From Octopus vulgaris (Eukaryota), in the NCBI GenBank assembly GCA_951406725.2, contig OX597832.1, positions 14,198,001 to 14,262,000 of the forward strand: a stretch of 64,000 bases of DNA, read 5' to 3'. The translations under genes were made by a program, and so were the position numbers. Under the pieces are notes generated by a model. That model did not search any database, was not told the DNA's origin, and saw only the letters and a list, made by a program, of their open reading frames with translations. Shown here piece after piece: positions 27,916-41,466 of this stretch. Position 1 is the stretch's first letter. The number at the start of each line of letters is the position of its first letter.

Positions 27916-28772
27916 TCACTAACAGAAATTTGTACATTTGCTGAGCATTTACTGAAAATGTGTTATATGCAATTATTTATTAGGCGGGATTGTTAGATCT
28001 AAACACAATAAGTGATACTTCAATTACGCATAACGCGCATTTATTTAAATTAACAAATAGCATAGGTATCTTTACGATTTTCCGCTTGATTTTAATTGGC
28101 ATGGAACTGGTCTTCAGTCACCATGCGTGGCTGCCGAAATTGTAGCTTAACATTTGGCCATTTTCAGGAAAGAATTTAAGTGGTTAGTATAGCGTCTTTT
28201 AAAAAACTGTCGCATAAGCCAATGTAATTATTTTCGGTCATCTTAATATGAAGTGTTTCTATTATCTTTGCCTAATATACAAAGGATGTTGTTTGATGAC
28301 TCTGTCGTTCTATTGTTTATTAAGGTTCGCCAAGTGAGAAATATAGAGTAGCTCGACAGTTACAACGGTGCAATATCTGAAAATAATTCATAGTCACCAC
28401 TCTTATATTCAATCACACACACCCTTGTTCATACAATCAGTTGACTAGCACGTTGTGTAGGTCAGTATGCTGAATAAAACCGCACATCTGCCAACATTTG
28501 ACTTCTAGATCTTTTGTTTATTGAGAGGTATGCTTAGGCGTAAATATTTTATGGCGAGGATTCAAAACTTGGATAGCAGAAATAAATCGGTTCTAACGAA
28601 GTTCAGATTAAGATCAGGAGAGTTAACCTACCAATACATGCAACGTGAGTGATTAATATGCGACATACAGCGGTTTGTAAGAATTTAATTCACATTTGTT
28701 TTGATTTCCTTACAAGCCTTATGCACGTTTATGTACATACACACATACACACACATATATATACACACATAT

Positions 28773-28846
<74 letters not shown>

Positions 28847-29094
28847 CTATAATGCCGATAATGCTGATATCCATGTAAAAAATAACGAAAATATAGATGA
28901 TGAAGACCTCTACATGGACATTACACTGAAAACTGGAATGAGAATTCAAAGTGTCTATTCATGCACTGTTGAAGCTGATAGAAAAAGCAAATATATTATT
29001 TATCATGATGAGTAGAACATTGTTATTCAGAATTACCATCGCTGTGGATATTGTCAACAATAATAAAGATTGGCTGTGGTGATGTAAAATTTGT

Positions 29095-29164
29095 ATCATC
29101 ATCATCATCATTATCATCATCATCATAATTATCATTATCATTATTATTTTTATTATTATTATTA

Positions 29165-29243
<79 letters not shown>

Positions 29244-29272
29244 CATTATTATTATTACTATTATTTTATCAA

Positions 29273-29312
<40 letters not shown>

Positions 29313-29396
29313 ATTATTATTATTATTATTATTATTGTTATTATTATCATTATTATTATTATTATTAATATCATTATTATTATTACTATTATTTTA

Positions 29397-29449
<53 letters not shown>

Positions 29450-29477
29450 ATTATTATTATTATTATTATTATTATTA

Positions 29478-29515
<38 letters not shown>

Positions 29516-29546
29516 GTTATTATTATCATTATTATTATTATTGTTA
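29095..29546. repeat. ~450-bp (ATT)n/(ATC)n tract
   Basis: Direct reading. Confidence 0.98.
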
Positions 29547-30129
29547 TGAAATAGCTGAATTAACAAAAAATTACAAAGATTGATGTTGAAAGAGAAATGA
29601 CGCAAAAATAACAACAATTTTAATCACATATTTAACCCTGAAAGTATTAATCACATGAAATATCAATATATTTTTCATATATTTGGAAGAAATTTATAAA
29701 AAAAAAAAAAGGATGAAAATGTGAAAGAAAAAAAATGAAAATTTCTAAAATGAATATATCTGAAAACAATAACCCACTACAACGAACAGGGAAAAAAAGA
29801 TTACGCGTATAAAATTCAATTACGGATAAACCCTGAAAACAACCTTAATAAACAATAGAACGACAGAGTCATCAAACAACAAAAAAAAAGAAAATGAAGT
29901 AACAACATGGAATTCCATATAAGAACAAGATATGACACTAAAACAGATAATATGTCTACATAATTCACGGTCTCTCATGTTTCTGTATGAAAGTCAGAAT
30001 ACATTAATGCTAATTGCTTAAACGAAGTGCTCAGCATAAAATATACTCACAACTGCTCATGCCCTCACTCTCCTCCAACGCTCATACAGACATATATAAA
30101 GCGTTTGTGTGCGTGTGTGAGTGCATTGC

Positions 30130-30196
<67 letters not shown>

Positions 30197-30491
30197 AGAG
30201 AGAGAGAGTAGGATACATATATACATATATAGATAGTGAGAGAGGGAGAAAGTGAGTGAGAGACGTTCGTGTAGACGCATTACGCAAAGTTTCATCTTTT
30301 CAATTAGATATTGTGAAAAAATGCATGGCAGAAATAAAAAAAAAATCTGTATAAATTAAAATTTCTGAAATATGTAACTTGACGAACAATGGATGTGAGA
30401 AACCGATACGTTATTCATTCACGAACACTGCAAGCAAATAAACAACCGCATATATGTGTGTATACGTCAGTTTGTGCGTATGTATGTGTAT

Positions 30492-30625
<134 letters not shown>

Positions 30626-33251
30626 TATCATATGTGTGTATGTGTTTGTGTATGTGCTTTTATGTGTGGGCTTCCACGTATGTATTATGTATTTATGTAT
30701 TTGTGTCTAGAGGGATATGTGTGGTTTTGAAAGAAAAATTCCGTTTTATTTTTCTATATTTTTCAAACTTTTATCCTGATGAGTTATATTTTTAAATTCA
30801 TTTATTTTTTGGCAAAATTTGACGTCAACTGTGAAGAGAAAAATATATTATACATCGATTATTTATTGGTTATAATTATTAAAATATAATTTTTAATAAA
30901 TAAATCACCATCACATCAAAGACCATATGTATCATGTTGTACGCCACCCTTTCCCATCCAGTATTTTTGAAAAATAATTTATGTGTTTCGTCTTTATGTT
31001 CATGGATTCTAGGTTTCATAAATATTGAAACTAGAAAAAATATTGCGCTTTTATCGATAGTACAGCTTGCTCTTTATTAAAGCTTAGCTTTACAATGACA
31101 CATTCTACTATTTTCACTAGTTTTTCTAATTCAATTTTAATTACCACTATTGTGATATAAGTTCAGTTCAGAAAATGACACACGCATATATTTTTGGTAT
31201 GTTTCTGCAACCTTAGTCGGACACATATTAAGTAATCGCTTGTTGTTGTTTTGGGGTCATGACATTTTGATCTCCGAACTGACCCGTCCATATTATGCGT
31301 TACAGTTTCCCAATGCAGATTCTATGACATGTACATTTTGCACCACAGAGTTTAAAATAAACTAGGGTTTAATATTACAATTAATTCCTGTGATTCGTGT
31401 TCTATAGTGACCTCTGTACTGTTTGAAATCTGTATTGGCATGTGCAGATTCCGCACCTAACTCTCCAACAATTGTTTGGTTTTAATCATTTATAACAATG
31501 AAGCAATGAAGTAATAGCCTAGAAAAGCATGCATGTATTACCACGCTCGGAACAAAAAATATTCCCCATAATATTCCCCCAATATTCCTTATATATTGTC
31601 TTGTCTCTGTTTCAATTCATATTCATAACACACAAAATGATTTTTTCTATCTTAGAAAGGCTTAAATCAACAGCATTCTCATACCTCTTTGATGGATTAA
31701 TGTTGTGTCAAACATCATCGTTTGATGCAAAGATTGATAACAAGAGTGAGAACTGTGGTCTGTTACTTTAGAATTTGTTGTTACCGTTATTGTGATAATA
31801 AATAATATTCAATTAATTAGTCTTTCAGATTGTCTATTACGTCATTGTTATAAATCGTTTTCGTTTTTCATATGTAAGGCATTTGCGTGTGGTGTCTGTC
31901 CAATTTGTTGAGTCTTGGGAGAGACACTACACAAATAATGACAGACAACACAGGCACGGATTCAATTCCACTTCTTTATTGATAGTCTGTTAGTTAAATA
32001 TGAAACCAAGTATCTAATCGATTGCTTGATTAGTCAGTTGGTTACGCAAAGTTATCGAATGTGAACTACGTTATCAAGTCCACTAACATTATGTATATTC
32101 GTTGCATTATTTTTGTAAGGTTAATGATATTATGATGTCAGATTAATGTAAGTGTTGGTGAAGGCTGCTGACGGCTACGTTGGTTTTTATTGTTATTTCC
32201 GTTGTTTTATGTGCAGGCTATTTTGTTTTCTTTGTTCTCATTTGGGATATTTTTTGCTGTCCAATTACAGTCAAACAATGGAACGACAATCTCGCTCGCC
32301 AAAATGAATAAGTGGCAAAGGAAATTCGCCCTGAAGATAAAAAAGAACACATATGCGGTGAAAAATGATTACTTTTTTGGTTACTTTAATAACGATATAT
32401 TAGAGGACGAAATACTGCTAAGTATTTGATGATTCTTGTATGATTCTGAAGTCTCCTCACAACTTAATTTACTCTCTCTCTACCTCCTTCCTAAGCTTAT
32501 CGATTTTATTTGAGTTACTTTTTCAGGGCAAATATCACATGATGTTCAAGATAAAATAGTGTCTATCTGAAGAATATTTCATTTCTCTGATTTACTCTTT
32601 CCGGCATCGTATTTATATGCGTTTCAAACAGCTTTCAGACTATATTTCTCCCCAAATGGATTGAAATATACGTTTCGGCTAGAAAACATAAAGTCTGTCT
32701 TAACATTCTTTTTAAAATCCGGAGATGATAAATGAATTTCTTCTCCCTGATGTACAGCCATTTTGAAAGTGCTAATATCATGATTATGATTGGTAGTGAT
32801 ATATGTCGCTGATAATTGTGTAACTACTTGATTGGACCAAATTCGATGTATTTATTTATCATTCTTAAGCAACAAATTCAAATACTGATTACGAACCCTT
32901 TTTTCTGTAAATCACCACGCTATTTATTAAATTTTATTTATAATGCCACACTAACTTCAGTGTCTGTGGAAGATACAGAAATTCATCATTAACAGCACTC
33001 ATTTTTAAATGCTTTGGGGACATTGTGGACAAGAAAACATAATAATAATACGTAGACACTAGATCAAATTATTGCTATCTACTCTGGCGATTTTCTTCAT
33101 TTTCAATCTTTTATGGAGCAATGCTTTTTTCTCCGTCTTTATTTTCCTTTCGTGGATGTGGCCTTAATCAAATAGAAAAGTCTTAATATATGCGTTAATG
33201 ATGATCATGATGACAACAACAACAACAACAAAAATAATAATAACCATAATT

Positions 33252-33539
33252 AGAAGAAAGAAATGTCGATAGATATGGCACTTTAGCTTGGGAGGTTAAG
33301 CAGTTGTGGTCGATGAAAAAGTTAGTAGTAGTACCAATAATTTTCGAAGCCCTTGAGATAGTGAGTAAAAATCTTAAGAAGTACGTGAAACAAGTAGGGA
33401 CTCAAATATGGGTGAAGAAGTACTTGCAGGAAACAGCACTGCTTGGAATCACTCGAATACTTCGGAGGGTGCTCTGCCTTAGTTCACTGGAAGTGAATTG
33501 CTGGTTCCGTACTACACCTATATCGTTAGAAGCTGTGCA

Positions 33540-33540
<1 letters not shown>
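33252..33540 (+). mobile_element. Old R4/Dong-clade 3' end (different subfamily)
   Basis: LAWEVKQLWSMKKLVVVPII..AL..VSKNL...LQETALLGITRILRRVL, followed by (AAT)n. Confidence 0.85.
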
Positions 33541-33596
<56 letters not shown>

Positions 33597-33598
<2 letters not shown>

Positions 33599-34910
33599 GA
33601 TAATAGGTATCAACACTTTAGCTGTCCCAGTTATAAGTTACAGCTACAATATCCTTAACTGGACACGAAATGAACTGTCCAAAATAGATAGGAAAACAAG
33701 AAAAATACTGACAGGATCTAGGATGCATCACCCAAAATCTGACATAGAAAGACTATATATACAACGTATAGAAGGTGGTAGAGGCCTTATACAGCTGGAA
33801 AACTACTATAAAATAACCACCATAGGACTGCAAAAATACCTACTTCAGAAGGAAGGAAAACTGATCCAGCAAAACACGAGCAAAACAAAAAAAACTGTTC
33901 TCAGTATTTAAGGAAGCTGACAAATACAAACAAGAAATCATACCACCTAATAAACACAAAGAAGAAGAAGATGATGAAGAAACAACAAAAGCTATAAAAC
34001 AAATGAAATCCAAACTAAAAATAGAACAGCAACGAGCCATGATAAAACGATGGCAAGAAAAACCCTTCATGGTAAATACTGCACTAAACTAAACGCAAAA
34101 GAAATAGACAAAGAAAAATCCCAGCAATGGTTGAGAAGCTCAGGACTCAAAGCAGAAACAGAGGGATTTTTAATTGCAGCACAAGACCAAAGCCTCCCCA
34201 CCAGAAATTACCAAAAACATGTAATGAAAAGAAATATTACAAGTAACTGCAGAATATGTGGAGATGGACAAGAAACAATAAATCATATTATCTCTAGCTG
34301 CCCAGTCCTGGCTAAGAAGGAATATATTCACAGACATGACAGAGTTGGAACCTACATACATTGGAAGCTATGCCAACATTATGGAATAACAACAGAAAAA
34401 AGATGGTATAGGCACACACCAGAAAAGGTCACAGAAAACGAGAAAGCAACCATACTCTGGGATATGCCGATACACACAGATAGAGAAATTAAGGCCAACA
34501 GACCAGATATAGTTGTCAGAGATCATGAAGAAAAAAATGCTTTCTAATTGATGTATCAATACCGGCAGATGACAACGTGTCTCTAAAAGAAATGGAGAAA
34601 CTCTCAAAATACAAAGACCTGGAAATAGAGGTAACTACAATGTGGAACCTGAAAACAGAAACAATTCCTATCATAGTAGGTGCATTAGGCATGATAAAAA
34701 AATATTCAGACAAATACATAACAAAAACACCAGGACTTACAAACACATATAACATACAGAAAATTGCACTACTAGGCACTGCACACATCCTACGCAGAAC
34801 ACTTTCCATACAATAACCATCAGAGCATCACAACAAATCACAGCACATACCCAAGGCACACAGAGCTGCGCTCGGTAGTGAAGTGAAAGCACGCTATAAA
34901 AATAAAACTA

Positions 34911-34913
<3 letters not shown>
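33597..34913 (+). mobile_element. R4/Dong-clade non-LTR retrotransposon, 5'-truncated, young
   Basis: INTLAVPVISYS..HPKSDIERLYI..GGRGL..LKAETEGFLIAAQDQ, CCHC knuckle, RLE domain, stop at 34816. (AAT)n on both sides. Nearly identical to 13806-14536. Confidence 0.95.
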
Positions 34914-34992
<79 letters not shown>

Positions 34993-35443
34993 ATTAAATA
35001 ATAATGAAAATGACGACGACGTCGACAACGATGATGGTGGTAATAACTGTGTATAATCTCCATCCCTCGTACAACACGTCTAAACACGCTCGGCACACTG
35101 AGGAAATGTTGGACTATATCCGAGTAAAACCCATTAATATTTACATCTATTTTCCAAATGAAATTATGTATTTTAACTGCCTATCATTCCCGTCACTCGA
35201 ACAATATGTGTAAACACGCTTTCAATATTACGATCCAATCAACATCAGATCGTCTCCTTCTCCAACCACAATACGTAAAAAATGAAAATTAATTTAAATA
35301 ATAACCGTATTATTCAACCCAATGATACCAAACAGGAAATGTGTGTATTTGTGCTTGTGTTTGTGTAGTATTATTGGAAAATTGGAACATTATATTACAT
35401 ATAGATTTTCTATGTTGTTAGTTCCTATATATCATTAGCAACT

Positions 35444-35790
35444 GTGGAGGCGCTATGGCTCAGTGTTTAGGGCAGTGAACTCACGGTGATAGGATCACGG
35501 TTTCGAATCCCAGACGGAGTATTGTGAGTGTTAATTGAGCGAGAGCACCTAAAGCTCCACAAGCCTCTGGCATGGGTGGTAGCGAACCCTGCCCTACTCT
35601 TTCTTTCATAACTTTGTGCTGTTTCAGTTGTACGTGTATTTCAAAGACCAACGATGTCACACTCTCTATCACGCGAACCTCCCCGTGTCTGTGGAGTGCT
35701 AACCCATATGCGCTTTAATTTCACGAGCAGGCTGTTCCGTTGATAGGATGAACCGGAGCCCTCGTCGTCGTAACCAATGCAGTGTCACGT
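35444..35790 (+). mobile_element. tRNA-derived SINE
   Basis: TGGCTCAGTGTTTAGGGCAG A box and GGTTTCGAATCCC B box, followed by ~270-bp body. Confidence 0.8.
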
Positions 35791-36624
35791 ATGAGACGCA
35801 ACTAATTGGTAGATACTATTGAAACACTAATTACCACTCTGTTGGCCCTGCACTCGAAAACCCTGACTTCCTAACTAGTCAAAGAATTTATTGTTTCGAA
35901 GCATGCTTATTTTCAGATACTCCAAGTGAAAGCTTGTCATATGCACCCAACAGACACAAAGTTGAAAGGTGTACATTTTATGTACAACAAAGATCAACAA
36001 AATTAGTGGAAATGAGTCATAATTTTAGCAATGAGGGGATATAAATAACAGGAAAACAAAGAAGCCAAATATATTAAAGAGTTAATCCCCCTCCGAAAGC
36101 ATCCTATAGAATGTTACGGACTTCAAAGATATAATTTTTCCAACAGATGATATATAAATCTACTATAAATACAATATGTCGACTGCTATATTTCGTCGAT
36201 GATTGGTGTGTATGGGAAGCCGAACATTACTCTCGTTAGGAGGACAGTGCTGGTTAGTAAGAAATATATCTAAATTTATAGGAAACGAATTAATTGAAAT
36301 ACTGTGCGAAATATATAAATCAAGTAGATTACATCAAAGGAATGTTTAAACTTTCAAATCCATTTAATATATATTTATATATTTCTCAGTGTCTAGTTGA
36401 CGGGGTGCTCGCATGTATATATCTGGACAAATGTGCGTATGTAATTCTATATCCACAATCACACACACACACACACACATACAGCTTCATACAGAATTAT
36501 GCGAGTATGCATGTGTCTCTATGTATATAACCAATATATGCAATTGACCATTTCTATGCATATTTACGGGTTTCATTTATATATGTGTGTGTATGCATGT
36601 GTATATGTACATGTATATATCTAA

Positions 36625-36668
<44 letters not shown>

Positions 36669-36813
36669 GAATGTTTTGCGTACTTGTCATATTGTGTATT
36701 TTATTTTCTGTTATATATATATATACAGATGCAGACACACGACGCACACACACGCACGCACACACACACACACACACACACTCACACACATACACACATA
36801 CACACACACACAT

Positions 36814-36867
<54 letters not shown>

Positions 36868-37079
36868 TATACATATATGCATACATACAAACAAGGATGC
36901 ATGCATGCATACATGCATACATACATATAAGAAGTCTCACACGGCGACTAAAGGCATTTCTGTGCACAATATTACGATTTCTCTTTGAAATGTGTGTATT
37001 GCCTGAAAATCAGTAATTACAATCTCTCATTGACAAATAAATGCAGATACAGCTCACTGCTCCCGTCAACAAACACTTC

Positions 37080-37620
37080 GTATTGAACGTATGATTCTTT
37101 TTCAATGTGAGATGTAATGAGCGTGTTCTGAGGGACGAGTTAAACGCTGGAGAACTGAAATAAATGTTTTCAATGATCACACGTCATCTGAACATTTCAG
37201 TACGTTTGTATCAGGGCATCCATAATCCATATAGGAACCCTTGCAAATAGCAGCTACGACTATGAAACACAGGAACACCCATTTTTTCCTGAGGATGGTG
37301 CCTATAATATATTCTTGATGTACATAATATTTGCAATGCTTAAAGACATATGTTTTCCAGCTGATTCTTTCACAAGACAAAACGATGTTGTTCAAGAAGT
37401 CCATTATGATGTATTTTACTCGAATCAGAACCAAAAGAAAGATGGTCATGTATTGAGGTTTTGAAGGACTGACGTCCCAAAATGCTTATATGGAGACGTT
37501 CGTTTCATGCTAACACACATTGACTGAAAAACCTTCTACAGTTCTCTAAAATAGACAGGGTGTGCTGTGGGCAAGGAAACCCATGTATTTGTGCAGATGA
37601 AAATAATGAGGGAGGCAACC
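37080..37620 (+). mobile_element. Decayed RTE-clade LINE fragment
   Basis: TACGACTATGAAACAC (YGCETW-like), QCL, and QKKDGHVLRF..PKCLYGDV (RWAGHVxRM..PK.LLYGEL-like) in the expected order. Confidence 0.6.
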
Positions 37621-38227
37621 TGATGCATGTCTCTTGGAATAAGCCATCATGGACTAAGATTTCTATTTATTAGAGCATTGCTAAATGACGTGCAGTAACG
37701 CATAAGTCGATCTATTCCGCTCTATCTTTACTAAGATATAACTTAATCACAGAGTAGGTTCCAGCTTTGCTTAAATGAGAAATAAATTTTACCGAAGAGT
37801 TGATAAAGGAACCATCAGTATATATTACATAACAGCTGCCGAAATAGAAATGCATACTTCCTTTTTAATTCTCTGTTATACGTTTTAGCGAATTATATAA
37901 AATTAAACTTGAAATTTCTTTTTGTTTTTCACTTATATCCATGGAAATATTATTACAGCACTAAATTTGTTAGTAAATTGCCTTCGCGTATTCCAGCCCA
38001 TGTTAAACACTACTGAATAACATATGAACTTTCAGGGTGCATTTAGATCTCCTTCAATCTGGTGATGCTGTCTATGTTTTCCATTATACTGAACAAGTAG
38101 AAAAATATACACAAATTATTCTTGGAATAGATTCCTCTGTCGCTGTGTAAAGACAACATCACATCAACCCAACATATATAAGAATGCAACTCTCTCCCTT
38201 ACACTGTATTCTGTTTTTTCTGTTATT

Positions 38228-38409
38228 CTTTTATTTATTTCAGTCATTAGAAAGCGGCCATGTTTCAGCACCGCTTTAGTCGAGCAAATAAACTCCAGAA
38301 CTTATTCTTTGTATGCTTAGTACTTATTCTCTCTCCTCGAACCGCTGGTTTACAGGGACATAAAACACCAACATCGGTTGTCAAGAATTATTGGAGGAAA
38401 AACACAGAC

Positions 38410-38444
<35 letters not shown>

Positions 38445-38600
38445 CAGGATAACTTCATTCAGTTTCCGTCTACCAAATCCACTCAGAAGTCTTTCATCGT
38501 GTATAGTAGAAGACACTTGCCCCGGATAGCACCCAGTGAGACTTAGCCTCGAACCATGAGGTTGTGAAGCATGTTATTTACTACACAGCCACTACTGTGC
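38228..38600 (-). mobile_element. tRNA-derived SINE with internal (TA)n and LINE-type tail
   Basis: Minus strand GTGGCTGTGTAGTAA head, CATGGTTCGAG B-box-like motif, GGCAAGTGTCTTCTACTATA, internal microsatellite, tail GCGGTGCTGAAACATGGCCGC..GACTGAAA. Confidence 0.85.
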
Positions 38601-39230
38601 GTATGAATATGCATGGATATAAAAATTATAAATATAATTGAAATACATTAATACACATTCTGTGAAGCTTTACATAGCGTCGTTCTATTATCGACTGCTA
38701 TTTCCAGCAAACAATGGTACCTGTGTAATACTATTTTTTATTTACTTTCTCTTTATATATGAATACATATATATATGCAGCACTAAAGAGCAGCTGAGCA
38801 GATTCAGCATAATACGGAAAAACAATCCTTTATATATCATGTTTTTGTGCTATAATTGTATTAGTTTGGTCGTGGAATTGCTTTATATGAATTATTTTTA
38901 AAAAACTCTTTAATTTCGATATTACAATTTTATTTTCATTTTACTCCATTCCTCGTTAATCCATTTTTTTTACCGTTTTTTTTTAAAAAACAAATTCTGT
39001 TCAAATTTATATGCAACAGTCATTGTTTCTTTGAAGTCTTGTTATTACATAGAGAAATAGGTTTATTTTTAACGTAATTATTTTTCAAGAGCGAGGAATA
39101 TCGATAAATTATACTTTACTGGAAACATAAAAGGGAATGAAAAAGTTTGTCATATAGTAAACATTAAAGACTCAAGCGCACTCGTAATTTAGAGCATCTT
39201 ACGTACAACTATCAATACGGAATTTAATTC

Positions 39231-39268
<38 letters not shown>

Positions 39269-39405
39269 CGGAGATGTACCGCATAGCAAGTAATTTGATC
39301 TGAGATCGTGTGCTGAAACGAAAACAATTGCAGCGTGGAAGGTGTTTATAAGCCATTTAAGAAACACACAAAAGCCGTTCGATTCACTCCAACATTTAAG
39401 TTTAA

Positions 39406-39455
39406 TTTGTCAAAATATTTTCGTCGCTAAAATCCGCGACCTGTTCACTGACAAA
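39406..39455 (-). ncRNA. Type I hammerhead-like fold with G3:C8 core (GUGAACA)
   Basis: TTTGTCA-GTGAACA-G-GTCGC(GGATTTTA)GCGAC-GAA-AATATT-T-TGACAAA: 7-bp stem I, 5-bp stem II, palindromic stem III. Confidence 0.65.
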
Positions 39456-39961
39456 GTCCGTGCTGCATCTAAGAAAGTAACAGTTAGTTCGTCATATATA
39501 TGTACGTATGTATGTGTGTATTATGCATACATGTGTGTATGTATGTACGTATGCATGTACGCACATACGCCTGTGTATGCATGTATGTATGTATGTATGT
39601 ATGTATGTATGTATGTATGTATGTATGTATGTATGTATGTATATATGTATGTGTGTGTATAAGCACGCACATACACTCTATAAAACATAAAGTTATAAAC
39701 CTGTAGCGATGGATGGATGTAGAGTGACCACTCATCACAACGCTATCAAATTTCAACTCCCTACGGCCGAGGCTAGAAAGTGAATTTATGACGCTTGCTC
39801 ACAAGAACTATACCCTAAAATCTATTATCAGATTTTTATCTCTATATCACAGAACTAATGTTTTACTATTGTTCGTATGTATGTATGTATGTATGTGCGT
39901 ATGTATGTATGTATGTATGTATGTATGTATGTATGTATGTATGTATGTATGTATGTATGTA

Positions 39962-40007
39962 TGTCAGTGAACAGGTCGCGGATTTTAGCGACGAAAATAT
40001 TTTGACA
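39962..40007 (+). ncRNA. Second copy of the G3:C8 hammerhead-like fold
   Basis: TGTCA-GTGAACA-G-GTCGC(GGATTTTA)GCGAC-GAA-AATATT-T-TGACA; stem I is truncated to 5 bp. Confidence 0.6.
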
Positions 40008-40084
40008 AATTAAACTTAAATGTTGGAGTGAATCGAACGGCTTTTGTGTGTTTCTTAAATGGCTTATAAACACCTTCCACGCTG

Positions 40085-40132
<48 letters not shown>

Positions 40133-40204
40133 ACATTATATGTACGTATACATGTATATCTATGATATAAATATATATATATATTTATATATACACATAT
40201 ATGC

Positions 40205-40247
<43 letters not shown>

Positions 40248-40315
40248 CATACATATATAGGATATATATATATATGTATATGCATATATATATTATATAT
40301 ATATATATGCATACG

Positions 40316-40349
<34 letters not shown>

Positions 40350-40424
40350 TACTTATATATACTTATATATATATATGTGTGTGTGTGTGTGTATATACAT
40401 GTATCTATGTATACATATATATAT

Positions 40425-40648
40425 CGTCGCCGTTCGCGTTCTAGCGGTTCCTCCGAGGGTGCTCTTCGCCGAGTGTCCGAGGCGGCCGGTACGTTCACTG
40501 TGAAAAAATTAGAGTGCTCAGAGCGAGCCCCGCCGGCTTGCATACGAAAAGCATGGAATGATGGAAAATGGCCTCGTCCGCGCGTCATCCGTCGGTCTCC
40601 GTTCACGACGAGGCAATGATCGAAGGGAGCGATCGGGGCCACTCGTTT
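40425..40648 (+). pseudogene. 18S rRNA fragment (V4 region and flank), retrocopied
   Basis: GTGCTCTTCGCCGAGTGTCC..ACTGTGAAAAAATTAGAGTGCTCA..GCATGGAATGATGGAA..GAGGCAATGATCGAAGGGA..CGGGGCCACTCGT is collinear with conserved eukaryotic 18S motifs (ACTTTGAAAAAATTAGAGTG; GGAATAATGGAATAGG; ATGATTAAGAGGGAC..GGGGGCATTCGT). Confidence 0.9.
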
Positions 40649-40723
40649 AAATGGCGGTGCCCCAGCATGGCCACAGCTCATAAGCTGAAACTGGAAAAAT
40701 CAAAAAAAAAAATCAAAATCAAA
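40649..40723 (+). mobile_element. LINE/SINE 3' tail fused to the 18S fragment
   Basis: ATGGCGGTGCCCCAGCATGGCCACAGCT(CATA)AGCTGAAAC plus A-rich repeat. The same tail is at 62393 and is related to the tail of the 38228 SINE. Confidence 0.85.
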
Positions 40724-41466
40724 TATATATATGTATATACACACATAGATACATTTACTGATACGTTTGTGTGTGTGTATGAGTGAAAGTGTAAGTGTCT
40801 ATGATTTAGACATAAGTAATCATAGAAAATATTTTCTACTAAGTCCAGTACAACCAAATTATAAACCTCAATGAAATTTTCCCGTGAATCTGGCTGAAGG
40901 TTTCTACTCATTTTTATTAGCGTAAAATAGCTAACTAATCTATAATTGGAAGTAATGTACCATACTTGAAATAGTTACCTTCTCATAGAAGAGGTAAAAG
41001 AAATCCATCTCTCGCGTCAGAATTTTATTTTTAGAGGAATAATCGTCTTCATCAAAACGTTGATTTTTCTCTTCCGCAAAGAAAGGGTTTTTATGTTTTT
41101 GAGGATAAACATTTGTAGGTAATCGTGATAATGATATTGTGAAATTTCTATGTTGAGAATACGAGAAACTGCAAAAGTAATAATTCATATATTTGTTGCC
41201 ATGCATTTCAAAATCTATTTAAAATAACTTCGATAGAATAAAATGTTCGGCAGTAAGTTTGAAAATAGAAAATTACTTGAGAGCGACTGCCATATTAGTA
41301 GAAACTCGTTAATACTCAAATCAAATTAAAAGATGTATATCAATGATGCAGAAACAATGGCGATTCCATGGTCTTTAATCATTAGTTGCATTTCGCATAA
41401 AATTCTCTATATCATGCATTCTATAAATATCGTGATTCTACGGAGCCAAATGTACTTTATCAAGAA

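Larger units (their letters stand above)
39267..40088. mobile_element. (TA)n-flanked element with 127-bp inverted arms (39327-39453 / 39962-40088); inferred inverted Penelope-like pLTR pair
   Basis: Arms identical by eye. The left copy extends ~60 nt further outward. Both outer ends abut (TA)n. Each arm carries a hammerhead-like fold. Confidence 0.75.

Noticed and set aside
37177-37464. ~90-codon open frames on both strands as exons
   Set aside because: Better explained as a decayed RTE LINE
40425-40648. Functional rRNA gene
   Set aside because: Only ~225 nt, with no flanking rDNA and fused to a retroelement tail
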